From assembly GCA_938005315.1 (NCBI GenBank), contig CALLOB010000037.1, positions 5,393 to 69,392 of the forward strand: a stretch of 64,000 nucleotides of DNA, read 5' to 3'. This DNA is from an uncultured Phycisphaerae bacterium (GTDB taxonomy: Bacteria > Planctomycetota > Phycisphaerae > UBA1845 > PWPN01). Every line of letters starts with the position of its first letter. The first letter of the stretch is position 1. The notes under the pieces were generated by a model that saw only the letters and a list, made by a program, of their open reading frames with translations, did no database searches and was not told where the DNA came from. Position numbers and translations under genes: made by a program. Positions 21,863 through 31,786 of the stretch are shown here, one piece after another.

Positions 21863-22097
21863 CGTTCTCCCCGGTCTTCGGTTTCCCCCATTCCGACCGC
21901 CATTTCGCCGGCCACTTCCGAGCCCGCCACGTCGCGGGCAGTGACCGGGCGACCCGATGCCCGGGCCGCCGGTGCGGCAGAGGATCGCCTGAGACTACCC
22001 CGTTCGACGGCCGGGGCCAAGGACGGTTTGTGAGCCCCGGCGGCGGCGCGTATGATCCTCACCTGCGACCGCCGGCGGCGGGCATGGAGGGCTGTTC

Positions 22098-23129
22098 ATG
22101 GTGCAGCGCGAGAATACGGGGTATGTGCCGCTTCTGGATCTGCGCGAGACGGAGCGGGCCATCCGCGTGATCAAGGAGTTCTTTCAGACGAACCTGGGAC
22201 AGGCCCTGAACCTGCTGCGGGTCAGCGCGCCGTTGTTCGTCCCGGCGGATTCGGGAATCAACGACAACCTCAACGGCGTCGAGCGGCCGGTGTCGTTCCC
22301 GATCAAGGCGATGGCCGAACGCCGGGCCGAAATCGTGCAGTCACTGGCCAAGTGGAAGCGGATGGCGCTGGCGGATTACGGCTTTGCCCCCGGGGAGGGG
22401 CTGTACACCGATATGAACGCCATCCGGCCGGACGAGGTGCTGGACGAGACCCACAGCATCTACGTGGACCAGTGGGACTGGGAGCTGGTCATGCGGCCGG
22501 GCGAACGGAACCTGGGGTTCCTGCGGTCGGTCGTCGAACGGATCTACGGCGTGATCCGGCTCACCGAGCAGCACGTGGCCGGGAAGTACCCCGTCATCCG
22601 GCCGACGCTGCCCGAAACGATCACCTTCATCCACACCACGGAGCTCGAGCGCCGCTTCCCGGATCTGACGCCGCAGGAGCGCGAAAACCGTGTCGTCCGC
22701 GAGCACGGGGCGGTGTTCATCATCGGCATCGGAGCGCCGCTGGCCAACGGCCGCCCGCATGACGGGCGGGCGCCGGACTACGACGACTGGACCACCCCGA
22801 CGGAGCTGGGTCCGGGCCTCAACGGCGACATCTTCGTGTGGAATCCGGTGCTGGAGCGCGGTTTCGAGCTCAGCTCGATGGGCATTCGCGTGGACCCGCC
22901 GGCCCTGAGGCGGCAACTGGATCTTCGCGGCTGCCCGGAACGCCTGAATCTGCCCTTCCACCGGCGGCTGGCCGCCGGAGAGCTGCCGCAGACCATCGGC
23001 GGGGGCATCGGGCAGTCGCGGCTGTGCATGTTCTTCCTGCGCAAGGCCCATATCGGCGAGGTGCAGTCGAGCCTGTGGCCCGAGGAGATGCGGGCCGAAC
23101 TGAAGCGGCGAAACATCGTTCTGCTGTGA
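22098..23129 (+). CDS. asnA: Aspartate-ammonia ligase (asparagine synthetase A)
   Basis: NDNLNGVERPV, SLAKWKR, HSIYVDQWDWE, RAPDYDDW and TIGGGIGQSR motifs. Confidence 0.97.
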   Translation: MVQRENTGYVPLLDLRETERAIRVIKEFFQTNLGQALNLLRVSAPLFVPADSGINDNLNGVERPVSFPIKAMAERRAEIVQSLAKWKRMALADYGFAPGEGLYTDMNAIRPDEVLDETHSIYVDQWDWELVMRPGERNLGFLRSVVERIYGVIRLTEQHVAGKYPVIRPTLPETITFIHTTELERRFPDLTPQERENRVVREHGAVFIIGIGAPLANGRPHDGRAPDYDDWTTPTELGPGLNGDIFVWNPVLERGFELSSMGIRVDPPALRRQLDLRGCPERLNLPFHRRLAAGELPQTIGGGIGQSRLCMFFLRKAHIGEVQSSLWPEEMRAELKRRNIVLL

Positions 23130-23190
23130 ACCCCCAGGCGGCACAACGGGCGGAAGCGAGCCGGCCCGGAGTGCGGGAGGCGACGAATCA

Positions 23191-24699
23191 ATGACCGATC
23201 GCGTGCTGATTTCCGAGTTGAAGGACCACGTCGGACAGTCGGTCACGCTGGCCGGCTGGGTCTACAACACGCGGGTCTCCGCCAGGGTGGCCTTTCTGGT
23301 GGTCCGCGACGGCAGCGGGCTGTGTCAGTGCGTCGTGGGCAAGGCCGACGTGCCGGCGGAGGTGTTCGAGGTGGCATCGCACGCCGCGCAGGAATCCTCG
23401 CTGACCATCACCGGCACGGTACACGCCGACGAACGGGCTCCCGGCGGTCACGAATTGCACGTCAGCAGCCTGCAGATCGTGCATCGTGCGGTCGATTACC
23501 CGATCACCCCCAAGGAACACGGCATCGACTTTCTGTTCAGGCACCGTCACCTGTGGCTGCGCTCGCGCCGGCCGACGGCGATCATGAAGGTGCGGCACAC
23601 GGTCATCGATGCGATCCGCCGGTTCTTCAACGATCACGGCTTCCTGCTGGTGGACACGCCGATCTTCGCGCCGTCGGCGGGGGAGGGGGCCCAGACGCTG
23701 TTCGAGGTGGACTACTTCGGCGAGCCGATGTACCTCGCCCAGACCGGGCAGCTCTACCTCGAGGCCGCGGCCATGGCCTACGGCCGGGTGTACTGCTTCG
23801 GACCGACGTTCCGGGCGGAGAAGTCCAAGACCCGCCGCCACCTGACGGAGTTCTGGATGGTCGAGCCGGAGATCGCCTGGGCCCGGCTCGAGGACGTCAT
23901 GAATGTGGCCGAGGATTTCGTCTGCAGCATCGTGGCCCGTTGCCTGAGGGACTGCCGGGCCGAGCTGGAGTTCCTCGGACAGGACATTTCCCGGCTGGAG
24001 CGCATCGTCAGGCCCTTCCACCGCATCACTTACAGCCAGGCGGTGGACATCCTCCACGGCCCGGCGGCGCGGGAGCTGCTCGAACGCGACCTGGCGGAGA
24101 AACAGGCCCGCATCGAGGCCCTCAAGACGTCCATCCCCGCCAAGGAGGCCCAGCGCGACGCTGCCGGCGTCAAGCGGCACGTCCAGGAGAAGCTCGCCGC
24201 CGAGGTCATTGCCGAACGCGAGGAACTGGCCGAGCTGGAGGAGCAGGTCCGCAACATCCCGACGCACATGCAGCTGGCCGCGGACTTCGAGTGGGGCAAG
24301 GATCTCGGCGGCAGCGACGAGACGATCATCTCGCGGCTGCACGACCGGCCGGTGTTCGTCACCCACTACCCGCGCGGCTGCAAGGCCTTCTACATGAAGC
24401 GCGACGAGCAGGATCCGCGCGTGGTCCGCAACTTCGACCTTCTGGCCCCCGACGGCTACGGTGAGATCATCGGCGGCTCGCAGCGCGAGGACGACCTGCA
24501 GGTGCTGCTGGAGCGCATGGCCGAGGAACGGCTCGATCCTGCGCCCTACGAGTGGTACCTGGACCTGCGGCGTTACGGCAGCGTGCCCCACGGCGGCTTC
24601 GGGCTGGGTGTCGAGCGCACCGTCGCCTGGATCTGCGGCCTGCGGCACATCCGCGAAACGATCGCCTATCCGCGGATGATGGGGCGGGTGTACCCGTGA
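23191..24699 (+). CDS. asnS: Asparaginyl-tRNA synthetase (with coiled-coil insertion)
   Basis: OB-fold N-terminus, RHLWLRS, FRAEKSKTRRHLTEFWMVEPE, EIIGGSQRE and RYGSVPHGGFGLGVER motifs. Confidence 0.96.
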   Translation: MTDRVLISELKDHVGQSVTLAGWVYNTRVSARVAFLVVRDGSGLCQCVVGKADVPAEVFEVASHAAQESSLTITGTVHADERAPGGHELHVSSLQIVHRAVDYPITPKEHGIDFLFRHRHLWLRSRRPTAIMKVRHTVIDAIRRFFNDHGFLLVDTPIFAPSAGEGAQTLFEVDYFGEPMYLAQTGQLYLEAAAMAYGRVYCFGPTFRAEKSKTRRHLTEFWMVEPEIAWARLEDVMNVAEDFVCSIVARCLRDCRAELEFLGQDISRLERIVRPFHRITYSQAVDILHGPAARELLERDLAEKQARIEALKTSIPAKEAQRDAAGVKRHVQEKLAAEVIAEREELAELEEQVRNIPTHMQLAADFEWGKDLGGSDETIISRLHDRPVFVTHYPRGCKAFYMKRDEQDPRVVRNFDLLAPDGYGEIIGGSQREDDLQVLLERMAEERLDPAPYEWYLDLRRYGSVPHGGFGLGVERTVAWICGLRHIRETIAYPRMMGRVYP

Positions 24700-24855
24700 A
24701 GCTGGCGGTCGAGTTCCCTGCGCGGCAGCCGGGTGGGGTAGAATACCGCCGCGAGTGACCGCATGGCCCGCAAAGGCGCCTGTCGCTGCACGCATCACGT
24801 GGATCAGGCTGAGAACAGAATTCCATGGTCGCGGATGATCCCAGGGAGGATACAG

Positions 24856-27423
24856 ATGCCGGTGAGAGCCCGTTCGATCGTTGTGCTGTTGCTTCTGACC
24901 GCCTCGTCCGGAACCGCGGCCGAGGCGCTACCGGAGTACCGCAAGGACCTGCTGCCGGCGGCGCGGCTCGCGCTGCAGGGGTTCATGGTCCGCGCGGTCA
25001 ATCCCGTCCCGGAGCACCCCGAGCTGCGGCGGGCCCTGTTCATATGCATGTGCCTGCCGCACGTCCGACTGGACCACGCCCAGTGGGACTGGGGCGACTG
25101 CACCGGCCGGGCGGTCCTGTGCTGGCAGTATCTGCGGGAGATGACCGGTGACACGGCCACCGGGCGGGATGTCGAGCGCGGCCAGCTTGACGCCATGGAG
25201 TCCATCCTGGCTCCGGATACGGGCATGCCGTGCGTGCCGGAGCGGTCCAGGCCGGCCGAGGGGCTTTATCACTACCAGATGTGGGACCAGGGGCGCACGC
25301 TGCGGGCCCTGGTGGCGCTGTGGCAGGCGGCTGCCACAGCGGAGGAGAAGGCGGCCGCCCGGCAGCGCATCGACCGCATGATCGCCTCCCTGCGGGCCCT
25401 GGCGGTGCGCGGGCAGGATTCCCGCTACGGAACTTTCGCCGTCTATCCCTTCGATCATGCCACCGGCAAGGAGCGGGGCGACGACATCTGGGTTCCCCGG
25501 GCCGGCCAGCTCATCGAGCCGCTCGCGGTGTACTGGGACGCCGCGGAGCAGCCGGAGGTGGGGCAGTTCCTGGACGAGCTGGTCGCCGGCGTGCTGTCCG
25601 GCCGGGAGGGACATCGGCCTGAGGAGCCCGACAGCGGCCATTTCGTGTTCGGGCCGGACGGCTCATTCCGGGGCCACTTTCACGCCCACGTCTCGACGGC
25701 ACTGGGTGTGGCCCGCTATGGGCAGGCCCTCGTCCGGCGCGGGCAGCGCGAGCGGGGACTGAGCCTGCTGCGCTGGTCGCGAAAGGTCTACGACTGGACG
25801 CTGGCGCCCGAGAACGTGAACGCCGGTTCGTCCTGGGGATGGTTCCCGGAAAACACCGGTCACGACGGTCAGTCGGTCCGGGAGATGTCCGAGCTGTGCT
25901 GCGTCGCGGACATGGTCGAATTCGCAGCCTGCCTGGCCGGTTGCGCCCGACTCGATGCGGAGCTGGCCTCCTGGGATGCGCTGTGGGACCACGTGGAGCG
26001 CTACACCTTTAACAGCATCCTGCCGACCCAGTTCCGGCCGGACGAGGATTACCGCCGGGCGTTGCGCCAGGCTCAACGGCTCAAGCGGATCGTGCGAAAC
26101 GGCTACACTTCGCTGGAGACCGACGCCGCCGGCTGTTTCAACCACGAGACCGTCGGCCGTCAGACGCTGACCGGAGACGGCCCCGGGGGCGTATCCCAGT
26201 ACCTCTACGGCATCGAGTACAACGGCCGGCGGGCGTGGTTCGGCTATCAGTCGCTGCAGCCGGTCCGGCCGCATGGCCTGACAGTCCAGGAGCCGCCGGT
26301 TGGAGACCGTGGGGGGGTTCGAGGCGTGGTCGCCACCACCGACGGTGATGTGGCGATCGAACATCGGACCGCCTGCGGCGACGGCCCCTGGGTCGTGCGC
26401 ACGTTCACCGTCACCAACCGCGGCCGCAACGACCTGAGCGGAGTCCGGCTGTTTTTCTCGGCCAATCTGGAAACGGAAACGCCCTTGACGGAGCGAGGTG
26501 AGCTGGATCCGCGGACCTGCGCCGTCATGGCGGTCGGATCGACGTGCCGCGTCGGTCTGCGCGGCGAACCGCAGGCCGACTTCTGCTCGACCGGCGATGC
26601 GGTCGAACTGCTGGGCGATGCCTGCTTCGATTGGCATGCTCCGCAAGCGGCATTCGAAGGCAACGCCGGAGGGGTGATCGGCTGGCACCTGGGGCGCATC
26701 CGGCCGGGCGAATCCGCGACCGTACAGGCCACGCTGGCCCGCGGCGCCGACGAGGCGGAGCTGACCCGGGCACTGCAGCATGGCGAGTTTCCCGAGCGGC
26801 CGCTGCCGGCCGGGGAGGAGGCCGATTGGGCGGCTGCCCGGCGTCTGGAGGGGGCCTGGGTCGGAATGTTCACGCCCAACGAACTCTGCGGCCTGGACGA
26901 CGACGGCCTGCCGGTGACCTACAACGGCTGCTGCTGCAACTATTCCGGGCCCCGCGCGCTGCATGCCTGCTGGGAGGCGGCTGTCGATGACACCGACGGG
27001 GAGTTGCGGGTGCGTCTGCCTGTCGACCGGCTTTGTGCAGCGGCCGAACAGGCCGTGGTGGAAACCGCCGAAGTGGTTCGTCAGCGGATCTCGCTGAAGG
27101 CCGCGCGCCGGCTTGCCGTGCGGATACCTGATTGGGCCGACCTCGCGGCCGTCAACGTCGTCGATGAGTCCGATCGGCCGGTGCCATGCCGGACGGCGGG
27201 GCGTTGGCTGGATCTCGGCTCGCTCCCGGCGGGGGCCAGGCTGACCGTGACCTATCCCATGGTCGAGCGGAAGACGACCGAGCGCGTCGGCGGCAGCGGC
27301 GAAACCATGGGATACTCACCCGTCGAGAAGAAGCGGACGTTTACCGCAACCTGGCGCGGCAACCGGGTGATCTGCCTGGAGCCGGCGGGGCACTGGTGGC
27401 CCGTTTTCCCCCCATGCCGGTGA
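24856..27423 (+). CDS. Large secreted (alpha/alpha)-barrel protein, GH127/GH146-like
   Basis: Signal peptide. ELCCVADM and GCCCNYSG resemble the GH127 ETC and CCxxN Zn-Cys motifs. C-terminal VRIPDWA beta domain. Confidence 0.6.
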   Translation: MPVRARSIVVLLLLTASSGTAAEALPEYRKDLLPAARLALQGFMVRAVNPVPEHPELRRALFICMCLPHVRLDHAQWDWGDCTGRAVLCWQYLREMTGDTATGRDVERGQLDAMESILAPDTGMPCVPERSRPAEGLYHYQMWDQGRTLRALVALWQAAATAEEKAAARQRIDRMIASLRALAVRGQDSRYGTFAVYPFDHATGKERGDDIWVPRAGQLIEPLAVYWDAAEQPEVGQFLDELVAGVLSGREGHRPEEPDSGHFVFGPDGSFRGHFHAHVSTALGVARYGQALVRRGQRERGLSLLRWSRKVYDWTLAPENVNAGSSWGWFPENTGHDGQSVREMSELCCVADMVEFAACLAGCARLDAELASWDALWDHVERYTFNSILPTQFRPDEDYRRALRQAQRLKRIVRNGYTSLETDAAGCFNHETVGRQTLTGDGPGGVSQYLYGIEYNGRRAWFGYQSLQPVRPHGLTVQEPPVGDRGGVRGVVATTDGDVAIEHRTACGDGPWVVRTFTVTNRGRNDLSGVRLFFSANLETETPLTERGELDPRTCAVMAVGSTCRVGLRGEPQADFCSTGDAVELLGDACFDWHAPQAAFEGNAGGVIGWHLGRIRPGESATVQATLARGADEAELTRALQHGEFPERPLPAGEEADWAAARRLEGAWVGMFTPNELCGLDDDGLPVTYNGCCCNYSGPRALHACWEAAVDDTDGELRVRLPVDRLCAAAEQAVVETAEVVRQRISLKAARRLAVRIPDWADLAAVNVVDESDRPVPCRTAGRWLDLGSLPAGARLTVTYPMVERKTTERVGGSGETMGYSPVEKKRTFTATWRGNRVICLEPAGHWWPVFPPCR

Positions 27424-27470
27424 TCGCAGCGGCTGCCGCGCCACCGGCTTTGTCAGCGCCACCGGCTGGA

Positions 27471-29798
27471 TCAGCGGCGCCTGCCATGGCGGCGGCGCCT
27501 GCTCGATTGGCTGCGCCCGGCTCTCCGCGTGGTCGAGGCGGGAGGCGGCGTCGGCTCCTCCTCGCAGCGGATTGACGTTGCACGGCTTCGTCGCCCCCCG
27601 CGGTCCGCGCGTTCGCGGGTCGGCCGGGCGGCTCGAGGCTCGCTGTCGACCAGGGCCAGGTCGAGTTCGCGGGCCGACGGATCGACCGAGGCGATTCGCA
27701 CCCGGACGACATCGCCGATCCGGATCCGTCGTCCGGTGCGCTGTCCCTGGGCGGCGCCGGCGGCCGCGTCGATGTCCCACCAGTCGTCGGCCATGTCGGC
27801 GAAACGCACCAGTCCGTCCACCAGGCAGTCGCTCAGCTGCACGAACACGCCGACCTGGGCCACGCCGGTGACCACGCCCTCGGACACCTCACCCAGCCGC
27901 CCAGCCAGGAAACGCAGCACCTTGATCATGCGCAGCTCACGCTCGGCGGCCTCCGCGTGCCGCTCGGTGAAGCTGCAGTGACGGCCGAGCTCGACCAGCT
28001 GCTCCTCGGAGGGAATCGCCAGGCGGTCCTGGCGACTTCGCAAACGCCCTCGCAGGTGCAGGTCCACCAGCCGGTGCACCGTCAGATCGGGATAACGCCG
28101 GATGGGGGAGGTGAAATGAGCGTAGTGGCGACTGGCCAGCGCGAAGTGGCCGGTCAATGCCGGGGAGTATTCCGCTTGTGCCAGTGACCGCAGCACCGCA
28201 AGATTGGCGGCGAAGGACTCCGGGCGGCCGCGCACGGCGTCCAGGATGGCGATGAGTTCGCGGCGGCCGAGCTTCTCGGGCGGCTTGAGCCCCAGCGCCT
28301 GCAGGAAGCGGGCGAGCTTGGCCTGGGCGTCGGCGGGGGGGTCCGGGTGAACCCGCCGCAGGTGGGGGACCTTCAAAGCGGTGAGCGTCTCGGCCACGGC
28401 CTCGTTGGCCTCGACCATGAACATTTCGATGATCGTGTGGGTGAAGCTCCGGTCCGCGGGCCGCACCGCCACCACCTGGTCGTCGTCATCGAAAACCAGG
28501 TCCACCTCCGGCAGGTCCAGCACGATCGCCCCGGCGGCCAGTCGCCGCTGCCGGATCCGGCGGGCCAGGCGGTCCATGCGCCGCAGCAGGGCGGTCACGG
28601 CCGGCGCAGCGCTGTCATCCCGGCCGTCGATGATCGCCTGGGCACCGGTGTAGGTCAGCCGGCGCGCGGAACGGATCACCGTATTGGCCAGGCGGATCCT
28701 GCCCCGACGGCCCTGCCGGTCGTACTGGATGAACACGCTCTTGGTCAGGCGGGGCTCGTCCTCCTGCAGGCTGCACAGGCCGTTGCTCAGCACCTCCGGC
28801 AGCATCGGAATCACGAAGCGCGGCAGGTACACGCTGTTGCCGCGGCGGCGGGCCTCCTCGTCCAGCGGGCTGCCGGGGCGGACGAAATGCGATACATCGG
28901 CGATGTGCACGCCCAGCTCGAGGCTGTCGCCGGTGCCGCGAATGGAAATGGCGTCGTCGAAATCGCGGGCCTCGTCGGGGTCGATGGTGATCACCAGCTC
29001 GTCCCGCAAGTCCTCGCGGACGGCGAGCTCGGATTCCACGTCGTAAGCCGCGACCGCCCGGCGGGCATCCTCCAGCACTTCCGCCGGCATTTCGCGCGGC
29101 AGCTGATACTCATGGATGATGCTCAATGTGTCGATGCCCGGATCGCCCCGACGGCCCAGGACCTCGACGATGACGCCGCGGGCCTCGGCCGAGCGGCCGG
29201 GGTACTCCGTGATCTCGACGACCACCTGGTCGCCCGCCCGGGCCCGGCTGGCCCGGGCGTCGGGAATCCGGATGGGTACATGCAGCGTCCGGCCGTCCGC
29301 TCGCACCAGCCAGTCGCGGCCGACCCGCCGCAGCTCGCCCACGAACCGGCTCTGGCCCCGGGCGACGATTTCGACGATCCGTCCCTCCAGCCGGCCGCCC
29401 GCGAAACCGCGCTCGCCGGACTTGACGATCCGGGCAACGACGGTGTCGCCGGTCACGGCATCGAGGGTCTTGCCCGGCGGAATGAAGAGGTCGCCGCGCT
29501 CGCTGGGGGACTCCGGCACCACGAAGCCGAATCCGCGCTCGTGCCCTCGGAACCGGCCGACCACGCGATCGCCGCCATGGGGCGGCATCACGCAGTTTCC
29601 GCCGCCGAGGATCACGCGGCCGGACCGCATCAGCGACTTGACGGCCTCCCGGAAAGCCGGATACTCGCCCTCGTCGATGCCCATGGACCGGGCCAGCCGC
29701 CTGGGCCGCTGGGGGCGGTAGTCCCGGCCGTGTACATGCGCCAGGATGCGCCCGGATATGTCCCTGTCCTTCTCGCCGCTCGATCCGCGTCTGCCCAT
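27471..29798 (-). CDS. rnr: Ribonuclease R
   Basis: Cold-shock domains (GFGFV), TIDPDEARDFDDA, HIADVS, HFTSPIRRYPD, S1 domain and basic tail. Confidence 0.96.
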   Translation of the reverse strand: MGRRGSSGEKDRDISGRILAHVHGRDYRPQRPRRLARSMGIDEGEYPAFREAVKSLMRSGRVILGGGNCVMPPHGGDRVVGRFRGHERGFGFVVPESPSERGDLFIPPGKTLDAVTGDTVVARIVKSGERGFAGGRLEGRIVEIVARGQSRFVGELRRVGRDWLVRADGRTLHVPIRIPDARASRARAGDQVVVEITEYPGRSAEARGVIVEVLGRRGDPGIDTLSIIHEYQLPREMPAEVLEDARRAVAAYDVESELAVREDLRDELVITIDPDEARDFDDAISIRGTGDSLELGVHIADVSHFVRPGSPLDEEARRRGNSVYLPRFVIPMLPEVLSNGLCSLQEDEPRLTKSVFIQYDRQGRRGRIRLANTVIRSARRLTYTGAQAIIDGRDDSAAPAVTALLRRMDRLARRIRQRRLAAGAIVLDLPEVDLVFDDDDQVVAVRPADRSFTHTIIEMFMVEANEAVAETLTALKVPHLRRVHPDPPADAQAKLARFLQALGLKPPEKLGRRELIAILDAVRGRPESFAANLAVLRSLAQAEYSPALTGHFALASRHYAHFTSPIRRYPDLTVHRLVDLHLRGRLRSRQDRLAIPSEEQLVELGRHCSFTERHAEAAERELRMIKVLRFLAGRLGEVSEGVVTGVAQVGVFVQLSDCLVDGLVRFADMADDWWDIDAAAGAAQGQRTGRRIRIGDVVRVRIASVDPSARELDLALVDSEPRAARPTRERADRGGRRSRATSIRCEEEPTPPPASTTRRAGRSQSSRRRRHGRRR

Positions 29799-30262
29799 CA
29801 GGAATGCTCCATGTCCGCCGGCCCGGCCCTCGGGGATGGTGCGTCGTGAGAAGCCTCGACCACCTGCGGCGTGCATCCGGCGGCTGGTGAGCCGGCCTCC
29901 AGTCGCCGCTCCCGGCCGGACCGACAGCGTACACCATGCCCGGCCGTCCGCTCGGACCCTCCGGGTCGGCCTGAACGGCGATCTCCACCCCCGGTCAACC
30001 CAAGGGTACGCGGGATTTGCGCCGGCCGCAAAGTTGTCGCCGCGCATCAGTGGCAGGATTACCGGACCATCGCCCCGGCAGGGGGCTGTTGCCTTCCGCC
30101 CGACGGGCTCGAGGCCGCCCCTGGGGTTCGCTGCCTCCCGGGACGCCGGGGCTGTCCGGCGGATCCTCCGTGCCGGGTGGACGGACGGACGTGCCGATGA
30201 GGACCGCCTCTCCGGCAAGGCGCCGGCCTGCGAGGAAATCCGACAGCGGCCCGGAGGGCGCC

Positions 30263-30291
30263 TGTCAACATATTATAATATTATGTTAAAA
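30263..30291 (+). promoter_or_regulatory. AT-rich imperfect inverted repeat: second dif-like site, or operator/promoter of the wHTH gene
   Basis: TGTCAACATAT-TATAATA-TTATGTTAAAA. Right arm is 10/11 identical to the E. coli XerD arm TTATGTTAAAT, and the site contains TATAAT. Confidence 0.5.
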
Positions 30292-30374
30292 AGTAATAAC
30301 GTATTGGCGTATTTTTGATCCTGCTCGACCCTCGTGCGAGCGAGAGAAATCGTTTAACCGGTCAGGAGCTGCTC

Positions 30375-31028
30375 ATGCCACGAACGGAAGCCACAACCGA
30401 CCGGGTTGCAGCCCGCCGACGCAGCCGTCGGCCGGGCCGGCCCGGTGCAGTAAAGGAGGCCGATCTCGCCCGGACAGCCTCCCGTTGGCCCGGGGCCGTA
30501 CGCCACGACACGCCGGCCGTTCAACCTCGAAGCCGCAAAGCCGGCCGGACCGCAAAGGTGAACCGCCGGCCCGGCGTCTCCGGCCGCCGGGGCAAGGCCC
30601 GGCGGCGAGCCGTCGATCGCAGCCGCAACAGCCGCCGGGTCCGGATCGCCGTCCGGGTCGATATCCGTCTTTCCGGGACACCGCTTAACGACGCCGTAAC
30701 CGCGACCCTGGAAGGTTCGGGTCGTGGCTTGGAGGCCGCCGCCAAGGCCCTCGTCCGGCGGACGGCGCCCGAACGTCTGGCAACGCTGGTCGCCGGGATG
30801 GCCCACAAGGTCCGGGCAGCCATCCTCATGTACCTGCTGGGCGGGCCGGCCACACACAAGGCCCTGGTGGCTCGAACCGGCTTGGACGGCGGACCGCTTT
30901 ACCATCACCTGCGTGAGCTGAGATCCGCCGGCCTCATCGGCCCCAAGCAGCGGGATGTCTACGACCTGACGCGACAGGGACGCCGGGCCATCCTCACGGG
31001 CCTCGTCCTCGAGAGAACGGTCCGGTAG
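30375..31028 (+). CDS. Winged helix-turn-helix (ArsR-like) regulator with basic N-terminal tail
   Basis: LVAGMAHKVRAAILMYL...GGPLYHHLRELRSAGLI...YDLTRQG. Confidence 0.75.
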   Translation: MPRTEATTDRVAARRRSRRPGRPGAVKEADLARTASRWPGAVRHDTPAVQPRSRKAGRTAKVNRRPGVSGRRGKARRRAVDRSRNSRRVRIAVRVDIRLSGTPLNDAVTATLEGSGRGLEAAAKALVRRTAPERLATLVAGMAHKVRAAILMYLLGGPATHKALVARTGLDGGPLYHHLRELRSAGLIGPKQRDVYDLTRQGRRAILTGLVLERTVR

Positions 31029-31226
31029 GGGAGGCGTGCAGGCAGAAGCGCAGAACTGAGCCGGCCACGCAATTTGCGAGGAGCATTGAGGGGAGTGTGC
31101 TACGGGCCGCGAAATCCTCAGCGGCTTGCGGGCGATATGCCTGGAGGCAGGACGGCCGGACGGGACTCCGTCAGGCAATGGGTGTGGCAGCTGCATGGCG
31201 GCCTCATCTTCCAGGCCCCCCACTAT

Positions 31227-31254
31227 ACGTCCGATAATGCATGTTATGTTGCAT
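31227..31254 (+). other. Putative XerCD dif recombination site
   Basis: ACGTCCGATAA-TGCATG-TTATGTTGCAT: 11-6-11 layout with conserved ATAA and TTATGT inner arms. Intergenic between convergent genes. Confidence 0.7.
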
Positions 31255-31323
31255 TCGGCATCGCCTGTACGCCGGTGGCCCGCTGAAGCCTCTGAACCCC
31301 TGAATCCGCACGGCCGCACCGGA

Positions 31324-31713
31324 TCAGACCGCCTGCTTCCGGGAGCCGTCCCTCAACGCCGGTCGCTGCGACAACGTGAAGATCACCAGCTCTTCGCCGG
31401 TGACGGTGCTGATGTCGTGATGCAGGCTCACCATGCTGACGCCCGTGACGTCCTGAACCAGCTTCTCGAGCACCGGCCTGGCCGTCTCGATGAGCTGGAT
31501 TCGCACCTGTTTGAGCAGATCCCGGCCTCTTTCCGGCGAGAGAGACTTCACGAGTTGCTGCTCGGCGGCGGTCAGCACGCCCTGCAGACGGATAACCAGC
31601 AGATCGCCGATCAGGTGGGCGTGAATCCCGGTCGGTCCGCGACCCATGTACTCCTGTTCAAAACGGGTCATTCCTTCGCAAATGGCGGCCTCGATCTGTC
31701 CCTGGGTGTTCAT
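31324..31713 (-). CDS. DUF2294 (MpsC-like) protein
   Basis: FEQEYMGRGP, LQGVLTAAEQQL, GRDLLKQVR and SLHHDISTVTGEELVIFTL motifs. Confidence 0.88.
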   Translation of the reverse strand: MNTQGQIEAAICEGMTRFEQEYMGRGPTGIHAHLIGDLLVIRLQGVLTAAEQQLVKSLSPERGRDLLKQVRIQLIETARPVLEKLVQDVTGVSMVSLHHDISTVTGEELVIFTLSQRPALRDGSRKQAV

Positions 31714-31786
31714 GGCGTTTTCAGTCCTGCAGGCCCGGCCGGAGTCGCCCCGATCCGATGGTGCGTGCACGTCTCATCCGGCCGAT

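Noticed and set aside
24058..24282. Intein in AsnRS
   Set aside because: No C/S start, no HN end, too short, and clearly helical.
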